DNA of 64,000 nt from an uncultured Actinomycetes bacterium (GTDB lineage: Bacteria > Actinomycetota > Thermoleophilia > UBA2241). Shown piece after piece: positions 18,404 through 28,350 of the stretch. Below the pieces are notes generated by a model. The model was given only the letters and a program-made list of their open reading frames with translations. It was not told where the DNA came from and searched no databases. Where the stretch lies: assembly GCA_963709345.1 (NCBI GenBank), contig CAVPVX010000001.1:96001-160000 (forward strand). Direction: 5' to 3'. The position numbers and the translations under genes are program-made. Each line of letters starts with the position of its first letter. Positions within the stretch are counted from its first letter, which is position 1.

Positions 18404-20628
18404 ACGCTCCCGACGCGCCTGTCGTGGTCGTCGCAGACGCCGACGTGACCGCCGCCCTCGGCGCCCGCGTCGGCGGCAAGGCCCTTGCGTTGGCCCGCCT
18501 GCAGGCCGCCGGCCTGCGGGTCCCCGCATTCGTCGCCGTCACGACCGACGCCTACCACGCCTTTCTCGCGGGCACACACCTGCGCGAGCGCATCCTGGCG
18601 GAGCTCGATCGCAAGGCCTTCGAGGACATGCGCTGGGAGGAGATCTGGGACGTTGCCCTGCGCGTGCGCAACCTCTTCCTCACGACGCCGCTGCCAGAAG
18701 ACCTGGAGGCGGCGCTCGCCGAGGGATTTGCCGGCCGCTTCGCCTCCGTCGCCACGGTGGTGCGTTCGTCGGCGCCCGGCGAAGACTCGGCCGAGGCCTC
18801 CTTCGCCGGGCTGCACGAATCGTACGTGAACGTGCGCGGAGTGCCGCAGATCCTGGAGCACGTGAAGCTCGTGTGGGCGTCGCTGTGGTCGGACGGCGCG
18901 CTGCTCTACCGACGCGAGCTCGGTCTCGACCCCGGACGCAGCGCCATGGCGGTCGTCGTCCAGGAGATAGTCGCCGGTGAGCGCTCGGGCGTGGCCTTCA
19001 GCGTCGCGCCGGACGAGTCTGCGCACGCCCTCGTCGAAGCCGTCCACGGCCTCAACCAGGGCCTCGTCGACGGCTCGGTGGAGCCCGACAGATGGACCCT
19101 CGCGCGACGTGACGGCGCCGTGCTCGCGCATCGGGAGGCGGAACGGCTGGAGCTGGTCGTCCCTTCTCCGGCCGGCGTGCGCCTTGCGCCGCTCCCGGAC
19201 GAACTGCGAAGGCGGGCGCCGCTCGGCGAGGCCGAGGTCCCGCTGGTCTACCGTCTGGCGCGCGACGCCGAAGACCGCTTCGGCGCGCCCCAGGACGTGG
19301 AGTGGACGATGCGCAGCGACGAGCTCTTCGCTCTCCAGGCGCGCCCGATCACGACGCTGGCGGGCGGCGTGGGCGGCGGCAGGACGGGCACAGCGGCCGC
19401 GGGCGACGGCCGGGCGGCGTATTTGAGCCTCACGCGTACCTTCGAGAGCCTTCAGAAGCTGCGCCACGCCATCGAGGACGAGGCGCTGCCCGAGATGACG
19501 CGTCAGGCAGACGCATTCGCCGCCGTCGACGTCAGATCGCTGGACGACGCGCAGTTGGGCGCGGAGCTCGCAGGGCGCAAGGAGGCTCACGACCACTGGG
19601 TCGACGTGTACACACGCGACTTCATCCCGTTCGCGCACGGCGCGCGGCTGTTCGGGCAGGCGTACAACGACGCGCTGCACCCGGACGACCCCTACGAGTT
19701 CGCCGACGTCCTCGCCACGACGCCCCTGCTGAGCAAGCGGCGAAACGAGGCTCTCGAAGCGATGGCCGGCCTGGTCCGCGCCGGAGACGAAGCGGCTCTG
19801 AGCGCGGACCTCGCCGCCTTCGCCGCGGAGTTCGAGCTCGGCGGCTCCGGAAGGGAAGATCCGTCACCCGCCGAGCTGAAGGCCCTGGTGCGTCGCCTGG
19901 CGACGCGTCCCCGCGAGACCGCCGCGCGCACCTCCGGTCCGACGGGCGCAGCGCGTTCTGATCAACTGGCCCTGCTCTTCGTCGAGAGCCACCCCGAAGA
20001 CACGCGGGACCACGCCCGCGCACTCCTCGAACTGGGGCGCGCCAGCTGGCGGCTGCGCGACGACGACAACGCCTACCTCGACCGCATCCAGGCGGCCTTG
20101 CGGACCGCACTCGTCGAGGCGGAGGCGCGCGGTCTCGCGACCGCCGGGTGGCAACCGCGGCGCGTCTCGCTGCCGTCGCCGCTCGGGCCAGCCGACGCGC
20201 CGTCCGAAGACGAGCGCGGCGCAGACGATCATGCCGCGCCGCCGGGAGCCGCCGTGCCCGGCGCCGAGGCGCGCGGCCCGAGCCTCCGCGCCCACACCCG
20301 CATGCAGGCCCGGCAGATCGTCGGCCAGCCGGCCGGGCCGGGCCTGGGGGTGGGGACGGCCCGCATCGTCTCCGGCCGGGCCGACCTCCTCGCCTTCGAG
20401 CCGGGCGAGATCCTCGTCTGCGACGCCATAGAGCCGTCGATGACCTTCATCGTGCCGCTCGCCGCCGGCATCGTGGAGCGCCGCGGCGGCATGCTGATCC
20501 ACGGCGCCATCATCGCCCGTGAGTACGGACTGCCCTGCGTCACAGGCGTACCCGGCGCCACCAAGCTCATCCACAGCGGCGACCGGGTGACCGTCGACGG
20601 CTACCTGGGCATCGTGATCGTCGGCTGA
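18400..20628 (+). CDS. PEP-synthase-like ATP-grasp plus phospho-His swivel domain protein (rifampicin phosphotransferase-like architecture)
   Basis: VGGKA, VRSSAPGED..SFAG, QDVEW, LQARPIT; C-terminal GGMLIHGAIIAREYGLP. Confidence 0.88.
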   Translation: MNAPDAPVVVVADADVTAALGARVGGKALALARLQAAGLRVPAFVAVTTDAYHAFLAGTHLRERILAELDRKAFEDMRWEEIWDVALRVRNLFLTTPLPEDLEAALAEGFAGRFASVATVVRSSAPGEDSAEASFAGLHESYVNVRGVPQILEHVKLVWASLWSDGALLYRRELGLDPGRSAMAVVVQEIVAGERSGVAFSVAPDESAHALVEAVHGLNQGLVDGSVEPDRWTLARRDGAVLAHREAERLELVVPSPAGVRLAPLPDELRRRAPLGEAEVPLVYRLARDAEDRFGAPQDVEWTMRSDELFALQARPITTLAGGVGGGRTGTAAAGDGRAAYLSLTRTFESLQKLRHAIEDEALPEMTRQADAFAAVDVRSLDDAQLGAELAGRKEAHDHWVDVYTRDFIPFAHGARLFGQAYNDALHPDDPYEFADVLATTPLLSKRRNEALEAMAGLVRAGDEAALSADLAAFAAEFELGGSGREDPSPAELKALVRRLATRPRETAARTSGPTGAARSDQLALLFVESHPEDTRDHARALLELGRASWRLRDDDNAYLDRIQAALRTALVEAEARGLATAGWQPRRVSLPSPLGPADAPSEDERGADDHAAPPGAAVPGAEARGPSLRAHTRMQARQIVGQPAGPGLGVGTARIVSGRADLLAFEPGEILVCDAIEPSMTFIVPLAAGIVERRGGMLIHGAIIAREYGLPCVTGVPGATKLIHSGDRVTVDGYLGIVIVG

Positions 20629-20726
20629 CGGGCATGGCGGATTCGCGGCCGTCGGCCGACGGCCGCGGCAGGTCGCTCGTGTAGACTCCCTCTGAACGCT
20701 CGCCAGACCAGCTACCGGGAGGCGCC

Positions 20727-21623
20727 ATGCCCGTCATCGAAGCCGAGCACCTGAGCAAACGCTTCGGCCGCAAGGTGCTCGCCGTCGACGACGTCAGCTT
20801 CACCATCGAGAAGGGGACGGTCACCGGCGTCCTCGGCCCCAACGGAGCCGGCAAGACGACGACCCTGCGCATGATCCTCGATCTTGTGCGGCCGACCGCC
20901 GGCCGGGTCGCGATCCTCGGCAGCCGGTACCGCGACCTGCACGCGCCGGCCGGCAGAGTCGGTGCGCTCCTCGATTCCTCCGGCTTCCACCCCGGGCGCT
21001 CCGGGCGCAACGCGCTGCGTGTCGTAGCCATGGGCGCACACATCCCCGACGCCCGCGTCGACAAGGCGCTGGAGCTTGTGGAACTGACCCCCTCCGCGAA
21101 GCGCGCGGTCAAGGGCTATTCCACAGGCATGAAGCAACGCCTGGCACTCGCCGCGGCGCTGCTCGGCGACCCCGACGTCCTGATCCTCGACGAGCCCGCC
21201 AACGGCCTCGATCCCGAAGGCATGCTCTGGCTGCGCACCTTTCTCCGAGCACAGGCGGGCGAGGGGCGCACGGTGCTCGTCTCGAGCCACGTCCTCGCCG
21301 AGGTGGAACAGACCGTCGACGACGTGCTCATCATGAGCAAGGGGAGGCTGCTCGCGCAGGGTCCGATCGACAGACTCACCGCCGGGACGCAGCCGGTCGT
21401 CCGCGTGCGCTCGCCGCAGGCGGAGAGGCTTGAGGCCGCGCTCCGCTCCGTCGGCGCGGCCGTGAACCGCCTGGACGACGCCCTCGCCGTGCGCGGCCCG
21501 ACGGCGGCGGAGGTCGGCGACGCCGCCCACGCCCAGGGAATCGTGCTGCACGAGCTTCGCACCGAGCAGCCGAGCCTCGAAGACCTCTTCCTGCAGATCG
21601 CCGGCACGCGGAGGGAGGCGTGA
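20727..21623 (+). CDS. ABC transporter ATP-binding protein
   Basis: GPNGAGKTT, YSTGMKQR, LILDEP, SSH. Confidence 0.93.
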   Translation: MPVIEAEHLSKRFGRKVLAVDDVSFTIEKGTVTGVLGPNGAGKTTTLRMILDLVRPTAGRVAILGSRYRDLHAPAGRVGALLDSSGFHPGRSGRNALRVVAMGAHIPDARVDKALELVELTPSAKRAVKGYSTGMKQRLALAAALLGDPDVLILDEPANGLDPEGMLWLRTFLRAQAGEGRTVLVSSHVLAEVEQTVDDVLIMSKGRLLAQGPIDRLTAGTQPVVRVRSPQAERLEAALRSVGAAVNRLDDALAVRGPTAAEVGDAAHAQGIVLHELRTEQPSLEDLFLQIAGTRREA

Positions 21624-22384
21624 TCGCCCTGGTCCGAGCCGAACTGCTCAAGCTGCGCAGCACGCGCACCGCCCTCGGCCTCTTCATCATCATCCTCGTC
21701 GTCACGCTCGTGCCCCTCATCCTGCTGCTCGCCTTCCTCCCCAAGGAGTGGCTGGCGGAAGACGGGGTGACGGGCTTTCTTGGCACTGCCAGCGCCCTCG
21801 TGCCGCTGGTCCTGCTGGTCTTCGGCATCCTCGGCATGACCAACGAGTACCGGCACGGCACCATCACCTACTCGTACCTCGTCACGCCGCGGCGCTGGCA
21901 GGTCATGGTCGTCAAGCTCGTCGTCTACGCGCTCGTCGGCATGGCGACCATGTTGCTCGCCGTGGCACTCGTCTTCCTCGCGATCCGCATCGGCGTGGCG
22001 ATCCGGGGAGTCGACCTCGACGCCACCGGCGGGTCGACGATCGGCGACTACGCCCGGCAGATCGTCGTCGCCGGCCTCATCACGACGTTCGGCGTGGCGC
22101 TCGGCGCCCTCGTCCGCGCCCAGGTCATCACGGTCGCGGCCACGCTCATCTGGGCGCTCTTCGTCGAGAACATCATCGTCGTTCTCAAGCCTGAGGTGGG
22201 CGCGTGGCTGCCCTTCGTCGTGTTCAACCAGGTGAGCGCCGCCCAGATGCCGGGCGACGGCGCCGACGCCGCGTTCATGAGCGACATGTTGACGCGACCG
22301 CAGGCGTTTCTCGTGAGCATCGCCTACATCGCCGTCGTGAGCGTCGCGGCCGTCTTCATCTCCCTGCGCCGCGACGTCACCTGA
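21620..22384 (+). CDS. ABC-2-type exporter permease
   Basis: RAELLKLRS, NEYRHGTI..TPRR, C-terminal RRDVT; six TM segments. Confidence 0.88.
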   Translation: MIALVRAELLKLRSTRTALGLFIIILVVTLVPLILLLAFLPKEWLAEDGVTGFLGTASALVPLVLLVFGILGMTNEYRHGTITYSYLVTPRRWQVMVVKLVVYALVGMATMLLAVALVFLAIRIGVAIRGVDLDATGGSTIGDYARQIVVAGLITTFGVALGALVRAQVITVAATLIWALFVENIIVVLKPEVGAWLPFVVFNQVSAAQMPGDGADAAFMSDMLTRPQAFLVSIAYIAVVSVAAVFISLRRDVT

Positions 22385-22395
22385 GGCGAAGCGGC

Positions 22396-22962
22396 GTGAG
22401 CGAGTCCGGCGTCCCCAGCACGGACCGAGAAGTCGGCCCCTTGCCGGGCGGCCCCGAGCTGATCGCCGTGCACGGGCCGCTGTCCGGGGATGGCGCGGCC
22501 GCCGAACGCATCCTCCGAGCCCTGCCCGGGTGGTTCGGCATCGAGGAGGCGCTGGTCGCCTACGCGCGAGCCGCCGACGCGGGTCCGACGTTCGTCGCCC
22601 AGGTCGCCGGCGCGCCGGAGAGCGAAGCCGCGGGCACGCGGCACTCGGACGCCGACACGATCGTCGGCTTTCTCACGCTGAGCGCGACCAGCGACTGCGC
22701 CGTGGAACTGCACGTCATGGCCGTGCTTCCGGGGTGGCACCGCCGCGGGGTGGGCCGCACGCTCGTCGAAGGCGCGACTGTGTACGCCCGCGCCGAGGGT
22801 TTCGAGCTGTTTCACGTCAAGACGCTGGCGGCGAGCGACCCGGATCCCGGCTACGCCGCGACACGCGCTTTCTACCTCTCGCTGGGTTTTCGCCCACTCG
22901 AGGTCCTGCCGCAGGTCTGGGGACCCGAGGATCCCTGCCTGCTGCTCGTCCGGGCTCTCTGA
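22396..22962 (+). CDS. GNAT acetyltransferase
   Basis: LPGWFGIEE, HVMAV..WHRRGVG, VKTL, TRAFY..GF. Confidence 0.85.
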   Translation: MSESGVPSTDREVGPLPGGPELIAVHGPLSGDGAAAERILRALPGWFGIEEALVAYARAADAGPTFVAQVAGAPESEAAGTRHSDADTIVGFLTLSATSDCAVELHVMAVLPGWHRRGVGRTLVEGATVYARAEGFELFHVKTLAASDPDPGYAATRAFYLSLGFRPLEVLPQVWGPEDPCLLLVRAL

Positions 22963-22970
22963 GACAGCGA

Positions 22971-23001
22971 CGGGCCGGCCACCCTTCGGGCGGCCGGCCC
23001 G
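22971..23001. terminator. GC-rich hairpin between convergent genes
   Basis: CGGGCCGGCC-A-CCC-TTC-GGG-C-GGCCGGCCCG inverted repeat. Confidence 0.55.
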
Positions 23002-23030
23002 TGTCGTTCGGCTGACGCCGAGCGAGCCCG

Positions 23031-23552
23031 TCAGGCGCCGCTCACGAGCGGCGACGGGATAGTGAATACGCGGGTCGAGAGCTCCTTGTCCAGCTGGTAG
23101 AGCCCCGCCGGGTGCTCGCCGGCCATGGTGAACTTCTGCACCATGTCGGAGGCGGTCTCCTCCTCCTCGACCTGCTCCGCGATGAACCACTGCAGGAAAT
23201 TGTAGGAGGCGTGATCCTTGATCTCCAGCGCGAGCGAAGCGAGATCGTCGATGCGCGCCGTTACCTTCTCCTCGTGCGCGAGCGCGTCCTTGAACATGGA
23301 AAGGCCGTCCGGCCAGTCGGTCTGCGGCTTCTCGATCACCTCGAGCACCACCCGGCCGCCGCGGGAGAGCACGTAGTTGAACATGATCTGCGCGTGCGCC
23401 AACTCCTCCTGGTACTGCACGCCCATCCAGCTCTGGCCGCCCGGCATGCCGAGGTCGGCGAACTGGCTCGACATCGCCAGGTACAGGTACCCGGAGAAGA
23501 TCTCCCAGTTGATCTGCTCGTTGATCGCGTCCTGCATCCTCTTGTCCAGCAT
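23031..23552 (-). CDS. ftnA: Non-heme ferritin
   Basis: NEQINWE..Y.YLAM, QYQEELAHA, HEEKVT, FLQWFIAEQVEEE. Confidence 0.93.
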   Translation of the reverse strand: MLDKRMQDAINEQINWEIFSGYLYLAMSSQFADLGMPGGQSWMGVQYQEELAHAQIMFNYVLSRGGRVVLEVIEKPQTDWPDGLSMFKDALAHEEKVTARIDDLASLALEIKDHASYNFLQWFIAEQVEEEETASDMVQKFTMAGEHPAGLYQLDKELSTRVFTIPSPLVSGA

Positions 23553-23696
23553 GGTCACCCCTTGTTCTCGTGGCAATGACGCGGCGGCTACGCCGCCGCG
23601 CTTCGCCTTCTATCTACCCAATCGCGGCCGGGGGAGTGCATCGCGAGGCGTCGAAGGGCACACTGAGTGGACAACCACCCCGATCGGAGCCTCCCC

Positions 23697-24197
23697 ATGA
23701 GCAGAGCGTTCGTCAAAGAGCCGGATGAGGGCGCGCCCACTGAGGACCTGCCGGAGCGGCAGATCAGCGACCATCCCAACTATGTCACTCCCGCCGGGCT
23801 GCAGCAGCTCAAGGCCAAGATCGACGAACTGGAGACGAGGCGCCTCGAGCTCCTGGACGACGACGCCATGGCGCGCGAACGGCTGGCCTACGTCGACCGC
23901 GACCTGCGCTACTACGCGGCCCGGCTCGAGAGCGCGATCCCCGTCGACCTCCGGCGCCAGGCGCGGCGCAAGGTGGAGTTCGGGGCCGCCGTCACCGTGA
24001 GCCAGAACGGCAGCCAGCGCCGGACCTTCACGATCGTCGGCGAGGACGAGGCCGACCTCAAGGAGGGCAAGATCAGCTACGTCTCACCGCTCGCCGAGGC
24101 GCTGCTAGAGGCACGCGTGGGGGCGACGGTGCTCTGGCGCCGGCCCGCCGGCGACAGAGACCTCACCGTCGAAGGCATCGAGTATCCGGAGGAGTAG
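23697..24197 (+). CDS. GreA/GreB-family factor (short MSRAFVKE type)
   Basis: NYVTPAG, VEFGAAVTV, IVGEDEAD..GKISYVSPLAEALL. Confidence 0.88.
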   Translation: MSRAFVKEPDEGAPTEDLPERQISDHPNYVTPAGLQQLKAKIDELETRRLELLDDDAMARERLAYVDRDLRYYAARLESAIPVDLRRQARRKVEFGAAVTVSQNGSQRRTFTIVGEDEADLKEGKISYVSPLAEALLEARVGATVLWRRPAGDRDLTVEGIEYPEE

Positions 24198-24214
24198 GCC
24201 GGGCAGGAAAACGC

Positions 24215-24312
24215 TGGCGGAGCGACATGGGAGTCGAACCCACCCAGGACGAGAGCATCGCCCCGCAGACGGTTTTGAAGACCGCGGTGGTCACCGGACC
24301 ACGAGCCGCTCC
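24215..24312 (-). tRNA. selC: tRNA-Sec (anticodon UCA)
   Basis: 8-bp acceptor GGAGCGGC/GTCGCTCC, 6-bp D stem GTGGTC/GACCAC, loop CTTCAAA, long variable arm, TTCGACT T-loop, GCCA end. Confidence 0.97.
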
Positions 24313-24384
24313 GCTCGAGCACATCCTTTCACGCGCGGCCGGCCGGGTCACCCGGGCGGGAGCGCAACGCTCCCGGATCTGTCG

Positions 24385-25683
24385 TTACTTCGCGAGGTCC
24401 AGCAAGGCCTGGTGATCCTTGGCGATCTTGTACTCGGACTCCACCTCGAGCAGGCCGCCGGGGAACTCGTAGGCCGGCATGAGGGCGACGTAGTCGTCGG
24501 CGTTGAACGCCTCGGGGTTGTGGACGCCGCTCTTGGGGTCGCCCGGCTTGCCGCCGAGGCTGCCCTTGGCGAGAAGCTCGATGGTGATGACGGGTGTGAA
24601 CGCGGTCTGCGCGACGACGACCTGCGTGCCGTACTTGTCCACGCACTCCTTGTTGTCGGCGACCTGGTACAGGTACACCTTGCGCTCCTTGCCGTCCTTC
24701 TTGCCGATCACGTAGGTGCCGGCAGCCGTCTTGCCGACGTACTGCTTCCCGATCTCATTGGGGTCCGGCGCGGCGGCGGCGATGACGTCGCGCGGCGCGA
24801 CCATGACGTCGCCGACCTTGATCTTCTCGGCCTTGTCGATGTTCACCGAGCGGAAGACGTCCATCGCTGCCATGAACTCGTCGCCGAGCGCGTACTTGAA
24901 GGTGGCCTTCTTGACGCCCTTGAGACGGTCGGCGTTGTGCGCGATCTGGATGACCTCTTCGTGCTCGACGTGGCCGACCTCGACCTCGCCGATGCCCTCG
25001 GGCAGCCAGAAGTCCTCGAGCTCGGCGAATGGCTCTATGGTGTGGACTTCGCCGTTCTCGTACACGATCGCGGGGTTGTTGCACTCCTCGATGGTCGTCC
25101 AGACGCTGAAGCCGAAGCTGATGCCCTTGGCGCCGGGGATCTCGAGGTTGCTGCCGTCGCGGATGCCGATCTCATCGATCTCGTCGAAGAGGTGGTCGGC
25201 GGCGTAGCGGGCGAAGTAGTCGGCCATGCCCGGCTCGACGCCGAAGCCGGCGAGCGCGTACTTGCCGATCCTCTCGAACTCGGGGCTGAGCGCGTACTCC
25301 TTGTCGCCGAGCTTGACGCCGCACTTGTGCATCGGGTCGGTCGGGTGCGGCTCGCTGAGCGTCATGGCGGTGTCCAGGTAGTGGACCTTCGCCTTGAGCG
25401 CGGCCTGGAGCAGCGGCGGATTGAAGTTGGGAGCACAGAGGTTCATGAGGATGTCGACGCCGTGCTTCTCGGCCAGCGCGGCCACGGCGGCGACATCGCC
25501 TGCGTCGATCTGCTCGGCGACAAAGCGCGGATCATTGAGGGTGGCGACGAAGTCGGCAGCGCGCTTGCCGTCGTAGTCGGCCATCACCATCTTCTCGAGC
25601 CACTCACCCTTGGGGTCGCGACGCTTGGCGATCGCGGCGATGGACTGGCCGACACCACCGGTACCGACGACGAGAGCTTTCAT
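24385..25683 (-). CDS. Saccharopine dehydrogenase / carboxynorspermidine dehydrogenase family protein
   Basis: VVGTGGVG, HYLDTA, GFGVEPGM, FSVWTTIEE, VEHEEV, KTAAG, QTA. Confidence 0.85.
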   Translation of the reverse strand: MKALVVGTGGVGQSIAAIAKRRDPKGEWLEKMVMADYDGKRAADFVATLNDPRFVAEQIDAGDVAAVAALAEKHGVDILMNLCAPNFNPPLLQAALKAKVHYLDTAMTLSEPHPTDPMHKCGVKLGDKEYALSPEFERIGKYALAGFGVEPGMADYFARYAADHLFDEIDEIGIRDGSNLEIPGAKGISFGFSVWTTIEECNNPAIVYENGEVHTIEPFAELEDFWLPEGIGEVEVGHVEHEEVIQIAHNADRLKGVKKATFKYALGDEFMAAMDVFRSVNIDKAEKIKVGDVMVAPRDVIAAAAPDPNEIGKQYVGKTAAGTYVIGKKDGKERKVYLYQVADNKECVDKYGTQVVVAQTAFTPVITIELLAKGSLGGKPGDPKSGVHNPEAFNADDYVALMPAYEFPGGLLEVESEYKIAKDHQALLDLAK

Positions 25684-25789
25684 GCTGTTCCTTCTCCTTG
25701 CTGTGGCGTGATTGCGGCGGCGGCGCGGCCGTCGCGTCCCGCAGGTGAGGCCCACGTACCCAGGCGCGGACCCTACGCAGGCTACCGAT

Positions 25790-25810
25790 GAAGCATATTG
25801 TATAAGCTTC
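25790..25810. promoter_or_regulatory. AT-rich palindromic operator upstream of the saccharopine dehydrogenase-like gene
   Basis: GAAGCATATTGTATAAGCTTC imperfect inverted repeat; contains TACAAT on the minus strand; TTGACA lies just upstream. Confidence 0.55.
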
Positions 25811-25906
25811 TGCGCAGTTTTCCAGTGTCAAGTTAGCAGCCGTGGAGGTTTGGGCCGGCTGAACGCCGGCGCAGGAACACGCGGGGGTCGGCTTCGACAG
25901 CAGCGC

Positions 25907-26950
25907 TCAGGCCGGCGGCAGTCGCCAGCTGATCGCCGGACCGACGGCCACGTCGGCGGGCGCGGCGCAGGGAACGCACTCGATCCCCCCGGCGGCGGCG
26001 ACAGCGCGCGCCAAGGCGTAGAAGCTCTCCGGGTCGCCCGGGCGCAACGCTCCGAGCTTCTCCTCGATCGCCGCCAGCCGCACGTCGCGGACCGGCGCGT
26101 GGACAGCATCGGGAGCCGGATCGGCAGTCGGCTCTCCGGCTCGGCCGCCCGACCTACCGACCAGGTCGAGGCCGACGATCCCGTCACCGATGACGGCGTC
26201 GACCTGCCACTCGACCGGCGTGCCGGGCTCGACCGCGAGGCGCGCACTCATCGCCCCGGAGAACGGGGGCGTCAGCGCCTGTTCGAGGCCGGCCGTGACG
26301 GCGAGCCGGTCCTGCTCCAGCACGCGAGAGGCGAACGCGCAGCCCACGAGCTCCGCCTCGGTCGCGCCCAGGACGCGGCAGAAGGACGGGCTCACGAACG
26401 TCATCACGCCGTCGCGATCCACCTCGACCACGTAGTCGGTGTGCGTGTCGGCGAAGAGCTCCAGGCTCTTGCGCAGACGCCGCACCTCGTCGTGGTCCAC
26501 GGTCTCCACGTCTGGCCTGCTGATGAAGAGCGCGTACGCCATCGCCCGCTCCTCGCCTCTCTCGGCGAGCGGGCCGAGCGAGACGCGCACCCATACGCTG
26601 TCTCCGCCGGCGCCGAGCAGGTGCTCTTCGAAGGCCTGCTCCCCCTCGCGCCGAAGACCGCGCGCTCGATCCGGCCAGCCCGGCATGACTCGCGACCACA
26701 TCTGCCCGACGAGATCCGGCGACGCGCCGCCCAGCAGGCGCAGCAGCGGCGCGTTGACGGCGGCGGTCTTGCCGGCGTCGGCGACAACAGCCAGCGGCTG
26801 TTCCAGCGGAAGGTGCGAGAGGATCTCGAAGACGCTCTCGACGCGCTCGCGCAACGCGTACGGCAACCGTGGCGCCAGCCAGTACTCCGAGCCGAGGCCG
26901 TCGGGAACCCGGCCCTCAGGCTCCATCAGGCGGTTCGCGTACTCATTCAC
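25907..26950 (-). CDS. Tandem PAS domain protein with no recognisable output domain
   Basis: VNAPLLRLLG..LVG..WVRVSL; YVVEVDRDGVMTFVSPSFCRVLG..ELVG; start codon uncertain. Confidence 0.7.
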   Translation of the reverse strand: MNEYANRLMEPEGRVPDGLGSEYWLAPRLPYALRERVESVFEILSHLPLEQPLAVVADAGKTAAVNAPLLRLLGGASPDLVGQMWSRVMPGWPDRARGLRREGEQAFEEHLLGAGGDSVWVRVSLGPLAERGEERAMAYALFISRPDVETVDHDEVRRLRKSLELFADTHTDYVVEVDRDGVMTFVSPSFCRVLGATEAELVGCAFASRVLEQDRLAVTAGLEQALTPPFSGAMSARLAVEPGTPVEWQVDAVIGDGIVGLDLVGRSGGRAGEPTADPAPDAVHAPVRDVRLAAIEEKLGALRPGDPESFYALARAVAAAGGIECVPCAAPADVAVGPAISWRLPPA

Positions 26951-27132
26951 CACTGCCTCGCTTTCCGTCGCCGCGGGAGCACGGCGCCACGTACCAACAG
27001 CGTCGTCCAACGGGCCGCCGAGAACGATGGGACGGACGTCTAGGCGGCACGGGACGTCCGTCCAGAAGGGGGAGCGAGAGAAAGCCGGGGAGAGAGGCCC
27101 GGGGCGGACGCAGGACCGAAGCGGACGGCCGC

Positions 27133-28329
27133 TCAGGCGCCCACTCTGTACATGGTGCGCTCGCCGAGCGACGTCACGACCTTGACGTAGCCGGCGAGCT
27201 CCGCGTCGAGCGCGGGGTCGCCGGTGTCGACGAGCAGCGGCCGCCCCCCCAGGCTGAGGAGTTTGGTCTGGGTGGCGATGACGACGATGCCGGCCTTGCC
27301 CACGCGATGGATCACCGCCGGGCTGATCTGCTGGTTGCCGCGGCCGAAGACGTGCCCCTGCCCGCCGATGACGGTGACCACGATGTACGCCTCGGGCGAG
27401 TCGCCGACAAGCGCGAGCAGGTCACTCTCGCCGAGGTCGGCTCCGACGAGCTCGCCGTCGCGGACGGCGTCCACGCCCAGGAGCGTCTTGGACAGGCCGA
27501 GACGGTCCATGACCGCGCGCGTCGTCGTGCCCGGTCCGAGGAGGTACAAGGCGCCGGGCCGCATGCCGTTCACCACATCGGTGGCGACGTCGTTCAGCGC
27601 CCGCTCCTCACCGGCCACCCCACCGGCCTTGGCGCTCTGCGTGAGTCCGCGAGCGTAGGGAACGAGCAGGTAGCCGTACAGCCGGGCGGACACGCGGTTC
27701 TCGCGAAACGCCTGCTCGTCGATGTCCATGACCTCGCCCTCGCGAAGGCGCACACCGGCCGGCCGGTCGTGCAGGTAGAGCGCCGCCACGTCGCCGGCGG
27801 CCGCGGGCGTGGTCGCGTACACGGCCGAGTGGATCTTGACGCCGGCCGGCACGCCGATCACCGGGACCCGGTCGCCGACGGCGTTGCAGATGTTGCGCGC
27901 CGTGCCGTCGCCACCTGCGAAGAGGAGCAGGTCGGCGCCGGCGGCGAGCAGCTCGCGTGCCGCCTGTTCGGTGTCGGCCGGCGTGGTCAGCACGAAGTCG
28001 TCACAGCCGATGGCCACCGGCTCGCCAGCGCGACGCTCCTGCTCGCAGAGCACGTAGGAGCGGCGGCCCTTGAGGGTGCCCAGAACACGCGGCTCAAAGC
28101 CGGCCGCGCGCGCTTCGTCCTCGCCCATCTCACCGGGCCAGGTGAGCACCTCCACCTGGTCGCGAAGACGCGAGAGACGCTCGAGCGCCAGCCGTGCGCG
28201 ACGCGGAGCGTCGCGCACGGCACCTCGCTCCAGCGCCGAGCGCAGGATGTCGGCGCCGTCGCTGCCCTTGAGGCCGACACGGCCGCCGACACCGGCGACG
28301 GGGTTGACGATGACTCCGAGTCTGCTCAC
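27133..28329 (-). CDS. ATP-NAD/AcoX kinase family protein
   Basis: IVNPVAGVGG..LKGSDG, FAGGDGTAR, GVPAGVKIHS, FGRGNQQ, VDTGD. Confidence 0.88.
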   Translation of the reverse strand: MSRLGVIVNPVAGVGGRVGLKGSDGADILRSALERGAVRDAPRRARLALERLSRLRDQVEVLTWPGEMGEDEARAAGFEPRVLGTLKGRRSYVLCEQERRAGEPVAIGCDDFVLTTPADTEQAARELLAAGADLLLFAGGDGTARNICNAVGDRVPVIGVPAGVKIHSAVYATTPAAAGDVAALYLHDRPAGVRLREGEVMDIDEQAFRENRVSARLYGYLLVPYARGLTQSAKAGGVAGEERALNDVATDVVNGMRPGALYLLGPGTTTRAVMDRLGLSKTLLGVDAVRDGELVGADLGESDLLALVGDSPEAYIVVTVIGGQGHVFGRGNQQISPAVIHRVGKAGIVVIATQTKLLSLGGRPLLVDTGDPALDAELAGYVKVVTSLGERTMYRVGA

Positions 28330-28350
28330 ACGGCCGCTCTCCACGCTGCG

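Noticed and set aside
23697-24197. Gre factor lacking the acidic coiled-coil tip as a novelty
   Set aside because: Short MSRAFVKE-type Gre/Rnk-like proteins are a widespread known subfamily.
24198-24385. Genomic island integrated at tRNA-Sec
   Set aside because: No integrase or duplicated tRNA 3' end seen; flanks are ordinary genes.
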